From contig NC_092680.1 of NCBI RefSeq assembly GCF_964355755.1, positions 10,106,001 to 10,170,000 of the forward strand: 64,000 nucleotides of DNA, given 5' to 3'. Positions 37,913 through 48,744 of the stretch are shown here, in pieces. This stretch comes from Antedon mediterranea. Taxonomy: Eukaryota; Animalia; Echinodermata. Within the stretch, counting starts at the first letter, position 1; the number at the start of each line of letters is the position of its first letter. The translations under genes and the position numbers were made by a program. Below the pieces are notes generated by a model. The model was not told where the DNA came from and did no database searches. It was given only the letters and a program-made list of their open reading frames with translations.

Positions 37913-38360
37913 ACTACTTGTTAGAATGAGTGGTTGTTAGACTACTTTAGTATGAGTGGTTGTTAAACTACTTGAGTATTAAGGATTTTTAGACTACTTG
38001 AGTACAAGTGGTTGTTAGACTACTCGCGTACCAGTGGTTGTTAGACTACTCGAGTACGAGTGATTGTTAGACTACTCGAGTACGAGTGATTGTTAGACTA
38101 CTCGAGTATGAGTGGTTTTTAGACTACTTGTTAGAATGAGTGGTTGTTAGACTACTTGAGTACGAGTGGTTGTTAGACTACTCGCATACCAGTGGTTGTT
38201 AGACTACTCGAGTACGAGTGATTGTTGGACTACTCGAGTATGAGTGGTTTTTAGACTACTTGTTAGAATGAGTGGTTGTTAGACTACTCGAGTACGAGTG
38301 GTTGTTAGACTACTCGCGTACGAGTGGTTGTTAGACTACTTGAGTATGAGTCGTTTTTAG
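37913..38360. repeat. 26-bp minisatellite, ~17 copies
   Basis: Unit TTAGACTACTCGAGTACGAGTG(G/A)TTG with variants, no unique spacers. Confidence 0.92.
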
Positions 38361-40580
38361 AGCAATTTTTTTCATTTAAGCTGAATTTAGATTTAGTGTG
38401 TGAATTTAATTAAAATCGGACTGAAATCCAACTCGGAAAAGTAAAGGCCGTCTGGTAACGGTTTTTTTCACGTGTTAATCAATAATATTAATATCAAATA
38501 TATCAATAACATAATTGTTACATATTTTACTTGATGTTCATCGTGTATTTGCAACATCATCTAGTTTGATATAAGTATCGTTTTTTAACTAATACAAATA
38601 GCTGTAGTAATGACATTTTAAAACCAAAGATATTTAAAGTTGAATGTTTCACACAACTACTGCACGTCCTTGGAGCTATAATAATTATTTTAATGAACTG
38701 AAGTAATGTTCTGACGCTTTGTCAATTCTATTGATATTAATTGCAAAATGAATAAGTATATAAAGTACTTACTACATAGTATTAATGACTTCAATAATTA
38801 ATGATGATACTCAATAATTTACAGGACAATAAATACAACACAAGGGTTATATACTTAAGTGGTGAGTACCGTATTCATTCTGAACCGAATCGGCTGCAAG
38901 GGCCTCGAAATGATATGGCATAATAATAGTATTTCTTCGAAGAATCAAAATATGGTGAAATTGATTTTCCGACTTTAATATACAGTATTACAAAAGAAAT
39001 GAACTAATGCGTGAAATGAATCTTCCAGATCTTACGGAAAATTGTTGCCTCGAAAGTTAAGTAGAGATGAGAATTATCTCTTATAAAATTTGAAATATAG
39101 TGTTGAAACATTTGATTTACATAAAACGGCTCTTGCTCTACAAGATAAACAAGAAAACGAAACGACAAATTAGAACTAATTGCAAAAAAAATTTGGTTTC
39201 GTTAAACTATATATATTATTATATATTACAATTTTAAGATTTACAGTGTGCGTGTGAATTATTGTTTAATTCTAAAATATGTTTACAGAGACATCGAAGT
39301 GTATAAATCAAAAAAGTATGTACTTAATTCAAGATACCTTTAGGCGTGTTGAATGTAATCCGCATGCTCTTCTAAATAGCGTGAAAGTTGATGAGGGATA
39401 GAAGAAGGGATCATGATAGGTCATGCAACATGTTATTTATCAGACACTTGTCAAAATATATACAGTTATTAGCATATTAGGCATTTGGCATTATTTCAAT
39501 TATACTATATAAAACTATATTTAGTAAAATAGTCTCGATTAATCCCTTTTCAGACTGTTTAGTGTTATCACGTCAATTTTGTTTTTGTACTGTATTCGAT
39601 CCTGTGGTTAAAATGTATTTTTTAAGCTTTGTTATTACTCTGGCTTCGTTTTCTACTTTCTTTTATTCCAATTTACTCGGGCAACTGTCTGCTTATATAT
39701 TTCGTATTCCCTGACGAATACCGTAGTGGTTTACTTCTTTCTAATTGTTTTACTTTATCGTTTCTCCTTTGGCTTAGATATCTTATGATTAATACTGATA
39801 CCATTGAGAAATAAGATATATAACTTATATAAGTTATATAACTTTATGCTCACAACATCGGCAAGCGTTTTCGTTTGATTTCTCAGTTATCTATTATTTT
39901 ATAAATGATTTTAGAATTATTCCTACTAAACACATTTTATATAAACTCTCATTCATATTAATATATGTCATGGCATGTCACTTTAATTTAATAAATGAGG
40001 ACGTTGCTCATTGATTCTGATTTGAGGCATCTCTTTTCCTTCTCCATGGTTGAGTTGACATCATACCAATTCCAATTAAATAACTGATTCTTATAGCGCA
40101 TTTGGTTTGTTTAATTACTCATACAATCCATTTTTTACCGTTTTGTTTGAGTAAGATTGACAGAATGTATGCAATAAAATAACTGTATATTGTCCCCAAT
40201 GTATACTTTATTAGGGTTGACTATATGCCAGTCATATTTCATTTGCGATCATTTTACGAGCGTGTTATAATTACTGATTGTGTAATAGAAAAAGCCATGC
40301 CATTTGACATATACCTCAATTAGATTAAATAAATATGAAAGTGAATTAAAATCACCGTTTATGGTTGTTAAAAATGTAACAAAATGTCTTACTATTTCTC
40401 ACGTGTGATACTCGTATATCCGTGCAACACGCGATGACCCTCCTCTATCATTGTAATGAATAATTGTGTGTACATGCAAATTACAGGTGTTCATAATTTC
40501 TGTAGGAAAGGTAGGAATTGCATGAATTACAGTTGGTTGTTATAAAACAATGGTACCCGACAATTTAAGCTAATATTTTA

Positions 40581-41791
40581 CCGCCGTGTTGATATTGTGG
40601 AAAAGTCTTTAGAATCATTTTAAAGTGTGCCAAAAATGTTCAATTTGGCAATCCAAATTTTTCATATTTTATTAGGAAGAAGACAACTATAATTTTTTAT
40701 TTGGTAAATTTTAATAGTGTCTTGTAACCATGGAAACTGGAAGAAATCATGAAATTTCACTTAAAATGAGCAAAACGGCAGTTTTGATAAATTCGCTGTT
40801 AGTTTTTCTAGGAAAAAGCAACGGATTTCATGAAATTGTTATCTGTTATTAACCATATATTAGGCAGTAAAATACAATTTTCAGAACGATGTATGGAAAA
40901 TATAATTAACTGGGATAATGTTTCTGGCACATCTGTCATATCTAGTTCAGTTTCGTCACTAAACGAAAACGTCACTGGTAAAGACTTTCCTTAGTGTGCC
41001 AAGCTTGTGATGAACATAGTACCATCTCGTTGTCGTTTGTAAACGATAACATAACGTAATAAACATAATTTTGGAAGTATTCTTCATAAGTGCTTTTGAT
41101 ACGTTATCTTCATCACGTAATTCACCAGCCGAATGGACAGATTCACAAAGTTGTATATTTCATATTTGGAGGCCATGTTAACTGTAGCTTAATGAATGAA
41201 AGATTAATCTCATGTGGTTGTAGCATCTCCTTTTCCAATACAAGGTGCGTTGGAAAGTCCTTCTTCGTATGTGCGCAACCAAACGAACCGCGCCTATATG
41301 TATTATTTATCTTCATGCTATATGCAATGTCGTGGATTGTCGGAGCCAAATTTGGTATTGTCGTAAAGCTGAAGCTTTGCTCGAAATACTGATGTCAAAA
41401 TTAGCGCGTGAATCGACAGGAATCTGAACTAGTTTAGTGATTTTATTTTTAAAATACGATTTTTTTTGTATTTTTTGCCTGTATTTGGTGACCTTTAACC
41501 CTAAAATAAATTGTATTTTTACTGCTTAATATGGTTAATAACAGATAACAATTTCATGCAATATCAAATCCATTGCTTTTTTTCTAGAAAAACAGTGAAT
41601 TTATAAAATATTTTAAGTGAAATTTCATGATTTCTTCCAGTTTCCATGTGCAAGACACCATTACAATTTACCAAATATACAATTATTAGTGGATTTATAT
41701 AATTTAAGTTTTCTTCCTAATAAAATTTTGGATTGCCACATTTACCATTTTGGACTTTTGGCACACTTTGAATTGACACACTATGCGCCGG
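40581..41791. mobile_element. Long-TIR (~300 bp) non-autonomous DNA element flanked by TA
   Basis: 40581-40880 is inversely repeated at ~41508-41791 (e.g. CATGGAAACTGGAAGAAATCATGAAATTTCACTTAAAAT); ends TA|CCG..CGG|TA. Confidence 0.8.
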
Positions 41792-42721
41792 TAAATGTAA
41801 TTTGCGTTCGTTTAAAAGGGGCTTGACGCGAAACATAACGTAGTTTAGTCTGAGCGAATTGAAAAAGGAATGTCCCACGGGGCGCAAAAATACATCATCG
41901 ATGGAAAAGAACGTCCTTTGGGAGAAGACAATCCCCGCTTGTTGATAATATTGTTAGAAATAGTAGCGATAATCTTGAAATTGATTTCACGATTCGGTAA
42001 CTTCTAACGAATAGTCTGTAGTCATTAGAGATCAATTTGTATGACAGTAGTGCATTGAATCATCGCAGAACTTGACGCTGATGTTGTAGGCCTATTACTG
42101 TAAAGTTAAGCAGTGTTTGTTTTTTATCACTTTATTACGCCCGTCGTACACCCGTCCTAACACCAATCCCATATACTGGCGTGCCTCTCTGTTAGTACGA
42201 GATAAGTGCGTAGGACCCTATGCTCATATTGGTATCTCGTACGTGTCCTTTCAGTAATGTAAGGCTTTCTTGTAGCCGTCTTCTGAAGGCACATGGCCGG
42301 TATTTACTCGAGATCCAAGTTTTATAACATGCTTTACACCTTTATTTCAATTTGCTTGATTTATATTAAAACATTTAAAATATACAATTAAGATAACCTA
42401 GCTGTCCGAGTTAAAATCAAACAATTCACTCTATTTATCTTTATGTTGTGTAGGCCTATGAAACACTAATCATTTTTTTTTTAAAGTTTACCATTATGTT
42501 GTAGAGTATATGTATAAATTAATATAAATTATGTATTGTTCGGAAAGTGGGCGCCGGTCTTTCGCCGAACAGTTACGGTTACAACCCATTAATATTCTGA
42601 TGCACAATTTACGACCTATATTTAATTATTTTATTCCAGATTATATAATAAAAGCACAGACAACTTGAGGATAATTTCACTAATACTTGTCATAACTCGG
42701 CTAATAAGTATAATTAAATCA

Positions 42722-43930
42722 CTAGATTTGAACTCGTCACTACGGACGAGTTAGGTTATCCGCAGCGCAAAAGCCACGCGCATGACACATAAGTTAGAAT
42801 ATTGCGCGCAGAAAAACGATTATGCCATTGAAAAAAAATGTTAGTGAGCCCTCTATTTTGCGTCACGTCTGAGTATATACGGTATACGCTATATACTGTA
42901 TACGTACTACATACAGTGCAGAATAGGTGAAAATAAGTGACCAAAGTAATTGACGCTTTTGGACATGATGACGTCATCACAATTTTACAAATGGCAAATA
43001 ATGTGAAAGATAATTGATGGACTTAGACAATATAAAGAAATGGGAGAAATTGAAGACGGATAAGTAGAGATGCGCTCTATTAAATTCGACGAGCTATGAC
43101 GAAAGAAAAAAAAATCCTATATTTTATATTCGGGTGGCCATACGATGACGTCACAATATCCGGTTAGCCATATCAATGCATGATTCGAGAAATAAAACTC
43201 ATCTACTTCCAGAATTTGTAATTTAAAAAAAGTTCACTCTGTAGTTTAGAATTTATGACTGTTTAAAAAAAGGTCTAATTTTGACGAATTTTTGAAGTTT
43301 TTCATCAAAAACGCGCGCAAATTGTTCAATTCTACGTGCTCGTATGACGTGATTTTAAGTCGAAATTGATTGAAAATTGGTAAATTTACTAGAAAAGGCT
43401 GTAAAAACAAAAATCAAGCAAAAAAAAGATGTTTTTGCGCTACGTGCGCACGCGCGCGTAAAAAAATGCGCACGCCTGGGAATTTTTGAAATGCTCAAAA
43501 TGCCCTGAAACGCGTAGAAAGTTGATTAGAAATGGATATTTCGCAATTTGAAATTTTAAACGCGCGTGCGCGCGTAACTTTATGTCAAACATGTCATTTT
43601 TAATCCATAGAAAGTTTGCGCATGATATAACTTAAATTTTCACGAAGTTTCAATAGAAAATGACTTTTGGTTTTCAATCTATGATCAATCATTGAAATTC
43701 ATAAAATCGCGCGTAACTTACGCTGCGCGACTCCAAATTCATAAAAAAAAGTTTCTTGCACATCTACAGCTACAGGGCAATCTTATGACAAAGTTACACA
43801 ATCTTATGTTCTCCAAAATTAGAGATACGCTGCGAACAAAATTCCGGGAAAGAAAGAAGAATAAGATAGAAAAAAAAAAAAAAAGATCCTGACAATAACA
43901 AGGGGTTATCCGCCAAGTGCGGATAACCAA
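42722..43930 (-). mobile_element. Non-autonomous Helentron (HINE) unit A, both termini present
   Basis: CTAGATTTG-AACTCGTC/GACGAGTT hairpin-GGTTATCCGC subTIR at left; GGTTATCCGCCAAGTGCGGATAACC palindrome plus AA at right. Confidence 0.88.
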
Positions 43931-45445
43931 CTAGATTTGAACTCGTCACTTTGACGAGTTCGGGTTATCCGCGCAAAGGCAACATGCACATACTTTAAAC
44001 TATATGAACTTCGACAAATATTATGCCATCCTATGACATGAATTAAACATGTTTACAGTGCTGAATTGTACCTATTATGTAGCATACAGCATGTTATAGA
44101 ATACACTGTTATATGTTATATACAGTGTAGTATATACGAAATTACGAGACCATCTTTTAAATCCAATTGTTAACACGATGATGTCATCAAATTGACATAT
44201 AAAGATAACTATTTTAGAAGATAATTATCTAAATAATTACATTAATACAAATTTGAAGAATGTTGGGCACGTAAAAGTGACATGCGCTCTCGTTTAAACG
44301 CAATGAACTTTTACGCAAAGGATAAAAATACGACTTTTTTTATTCAACTGGCCATATGATGACGTCACAGGATCTGGTTGGCAAAATATTTACATGAATT
44401 CGTATCTACAATTCAATGACTTCCAGAAAACGTTTAAATCATGAATATCACTTTTTATTCTGACGAGATATAACAGATTAAAATTCACTGTAAAGATGAA
44501 AATAAGTGACCCACGTTGTTTAGATTTTTAGACATGATGACGTCATAAGAATTAAAATATTTTAACTCCTGCGAAAGATAGTTGATTGACGTAGACAATA
44601 TTAAAATCTCTGGGGAAATGGAATACGTATAAGTGAGATGCGCTCTGTTGAATGTGATGAGCAATAACGAAAGAGACAAAAATCCTATATTTTATATTTT
44701 AGTGGCCATGCGATGACGTCACAATGTCCGCTTAGCCATATCGATGCATGATTTGATATCTAAAACTCATCTACTTCCAGAATCTGAAATTTTGAAAATG
44801 TTAACCACGGAGTTTAGAATCTATGACTTTTTAAAGAAAGGCATAATTTTCACGAATTTTTGAACTTTTTCATCAAAAACGTGCGTAAATTGTTCAATTC
44901 TACGTGCTCGTATGACGTGATTTTAAGTCGAAATTGATTGAAAATTGGTATATTTACTATAAAAGGCTGAAAAAACAAAAATCAAGCATAACAAAGATGT
45001 TTTTGCGCCACGTGCGTACGCGCGCGTAAAAAAATTGCGCACGCGTGGGAATTTTTGAAATGCTCAAAATGACATGAAACGCGTAGAAAGTTGATTAGAA
45101 GTTGATTTTTCGCATTTTGAAATTTTAAACGCGCGTGCGCGCGTAACTTTTTGCGCAATCTGCCATTTTTAATCCATAGAAATTTTGCGCATGATATGAC
45201 TTAAATTTTCACCAAGTTTCAATACAAAATGACTTTTGGTTTTTAATCTATGATCAATCATTGAAATTCATAAAATCGCACGTAACTTACGCTGCGCAAC
45301 TCCGATATCGTCGAAAAGCTTGGCTGCAAATCTACAGCTATAGGTGAATCTTATGACAAAGGTATACAATCTTATGTTGGCCAGAATTAGAGATACCCTG
45401 CGAACAAAATTCGTGGAAAGAAAGAAGAATAAGATAGAAAAAAAA
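43931..45445 (-). mobile_element. HINE unit B (variant, extra internal subrepeat, lacks right terminal cap)
   Basis: Starts CTAGATTTGAACTCGTC directly after unit A; stops in the A-tract after GAAAGAAGAATAAGATAG. Confidence 0.85.
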
Positions 45446-46598
45446 CTAGATTTGAACTCGTCACTACGGACGAGTTAGGTTATCCGCAGCGCAAAGGCCA
45501 CGTGCACGTCATACGTTAAAATATTGCGCGCAGAAAAACGATTAAGTCATTGAAACAATTTCAGTGTGCTCTCTATTTTTCGTCACGTCTGAGTATATAC
45601 GGTATACACTACATACTGTATACGTACTACATACAGTGCAGAATAGGTGAAAATAAGTGACCAAAGTTATTGACGCTTTTGAACATGATGACGTCATTAC
45701 AATTTTGAAAATGGTGAATCGTGCGAAAGGTAATTGATAGACCTAGACAACATAAAAAAATGGGGGGAAATGGAATACAAATAAGTGGAGATGCGCTATA
45801 TTAAATGTGACGAGCTACGAGGAAAGAGACAAAAATCCTATATTTTATATTCGAGTGGCCATACGATGACGTCAGAATGTCCGGTTAGCCATATTGATGC
45901 ATTATTTGATATCTGCAACTCATCTACTACCAGAATATGTAATTATAAAAAAGTTCACCACGTAGTTTAGAATCTATGACTGTTTAAAAAAAGACATAAT
46001 TTTGACAAATTTTTGAACTTTTTCATCAAAAATGCGCGTAAATTGTTTATTTCTACGTGCTCGTATGACGTGATTTTAAGTCGAAATTGTTTGAAAGCTG
46101 GTAAATTTTCTAAAAAAGACAGGAAAAACAAAAATCAATCAAAAAAATGATGTTTTTGCGCTACGTGCGCACGTGCGCGTAAAAAAATTGCGCACGCGTG
46201 GGAATTTTTGAAATGCTCAAAATGACATGAAACGCGTAGAAAGTTGATTAGATATTAATTTTTCGCATTTTGAAATTTTAAATACGCGTGCGCGCGTAAC
46301 TTTTTATGAAACATGCCATTTTTAATCCATAGAAACTTTGCGCATTATATGACTTAAATGTTCACCAAGTTTCAATACAAAACAACTTTTAGTTTTTATT
46401 CTATGATCAATCATTGAAATTCACAAAATTGCGCGTAACTTACGCTGCGCAACTCGAAATTTGAAAAAAAAAGTTTCTTGCACATCTACAGCTACAGGGC
46501 AATCTTTTGACAAAGTTATACAATCATATGTTGGCCAGAATTAGAGATACGCTGCGCACAAAAAATGGGGGAGAAGGATGTAAGGAAAGAAATAAATA
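45446..46598 (-). mobile_element. HINE unit C (lacks right terminal cap)
   Basis: Same left end and body; ends in purine-rich tract. Confidence 0.85.
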
Positions 46599-47805
46599 CT
46601 AGATTTGAACTCGTCACTTCGGACGAGTTAGGTTATCCGCAGCGCAAAGGCCATGTGCACGCCATACGTTAGAATATTGCGCGCAGAAAAACGATTATGC
46701 CATTGAAAAAATGTTAGTGCGCTCTCTATTTTGTGTCACGTCAAAGTATATACGGTATACGCTATATTCTGTATACGTACTACAAACAGTGCAGAATAGG
46801 TGAAAATAAGGGACCCAAGTTATTGACGCTTTTGCACATGATGACGTCATCACAATTTAAAAAATGGTAGATTATGCGACAGATAATTGATTGGCCTAGA
46901 CAATATAACAAAATGGGGGGAAATGGAATACGGATAAGTGGAGATGCGCTCTATTAAATGTGATGAGCTATGCGAAAGAGACAAAAATCCTATATTTTAT
47001 ATTCGAGTGGCCATACGATGACGTCTCAATTTCCGGTTAGCCATATCGATGCATGATTTGATATCTGCAACTCATCTACTTCCAGAATCTGAAATTTTAA
47101 AAATTTTCACCACGGAGTTTAGAATCTATGACTTTTTAAAAAAAGGTATAATTTTCACGAATTTTTAAACTTTTTCATCAAAAACGCGCGCAAATTGTTC
47201 AATTCTACGTGCTCGTATGACGTGATTTTATGTCGAAATTGATTGAAAATTGGTAAATTTACTAGAAAAGCCTGAAAAAACAAAAAAATGCAAAAAAAAG
47301 ATGTTTTTGCGCTACGTGCGCACGCGCACGTAAAAATAATGCGCACGCGTGGGAATTTTTGAAATGTTCACAATGACATGAAACGCGTAGAAAATTGATT
47401 AGAAGTTGATTTTACGCATTTTGAAATTTTAAACGCGCGTGCGCGCGTAACTTTCTGTGAGACATGCAATTTTTAATCCATAGGAACTTTGCCCTTGGTA
47501 TAACTTATATTTTCACCAAGTTTCAATAAAAAATGACTTTTGGTTTTCAATATATGATCAATCATTGAAATTCATAAAATCGCGCGTAACTTACGCTGCG
47601 CATCTCCGAAATCGTCCAAAAGCTTGGCTGCACATCTACAGCTATAGTTCAATCTTTTGACAAAGTTATACAATATTATGTTGGCCAGAAGATAGAGATA
47701 TGCTGTGGACAAAATTCTGGGAAAGAAAGAAGAATAAGATAGAAGAAAAAAAAAAAAAAGATCCTGACAATAACAAGGGGTTATCCGCCAAGTGCGGATA
47801 ACCAA
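46599..47805 (-). mobile_element. HINE unit D, both termini present
   Basis: Same termini as unit A. Confidence 0.88.
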
Positions 47806-48744
47806 CTAGATTTGAACTCGTCACTACGGACGAGTTAGGTTATCCGCAGCGCAAACGCCACGCGCACGTCATACGTTAGAATATTGCGCGCAGAAAAACG
47901 ATTATGCCATCCATGGAAAAAATGTTAATGCGCTCTCTACTTTTATGGTGAAAGTGTGGTGAATTGTGTCTGGGCCTACAGCATTTATGTTACTTTTGGC
48001 GACGATTGCGTGTCATATTAGTAAAGAACAACGTGGTTACACCTCCATGTTGGATTTGTAATATTATAGCCTAGTATTGCTCCCGATATTGCTTTGCAAT
48101 TTTATATTGTTAAAACGAACATATAGCCTATATTAAAAAAGTTTAAACACAATTGTGTTAAATATAATAGTTAGAAATAGGTAAGATATATTTTGATTAA
48201 TTTGGATTGTTGATTTGTAATATTTAATTGTTTTTGTGTTTGCCATCAAAATGAAATGGCCTAGAGGGCCTAGGCTGCTAGGCTAGGCCTAGCCGTGTCC
48301 CGGATTACCTCTTCAGGAAGGCCTAGACCTAGCCTAGGTTTAGTTGTACAGTACTGTAGTAGAGGCATAATGACGCTAGCCTAGTTCCATTTTGCATCTG
48401 GCTTATAACTATATATTAATTCCTAATTTGTTAACAAACTTTATCTTGAATACCATGCCTTAAAATTAAACACCGGTATAATATAGCCTACTCTACTTAG
48501 CATTGTTAGCAAGCTGAGTCTGCTTTGCGAAGTTCTCTTCTATGCCTACTAGCCTAGGCCTCCTAGGTAGGGGCTAGGCCTAGTTTTTAGTTGTATAAGT
48601 TCCTAAAGAGTTGGAAGAGATACATGTACAGTAATAACATTATTGTTTCTACAGTACTTCATAATCTCTAGAATATCGTAAATAGTGAACATAAAATAAA
48701 TAATTTGTAGAGATGATTTATGGTCTCATGATTGGAAGTGAAGT

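Noticed and set aside
37913-38360. CRISPR-like appearance of the short palindromic repeats
   Set aside because: Units abut with no unique spacers, there are no cas genes, and the context is eukaryotic; it is a minisatellite.
39817-39840. 24-bp perfect AT-rich palindrome TATATAACTTATATAAGTTATATA
   Set aside because: Low complexity, likely slippage or a footprint; no supporting context.
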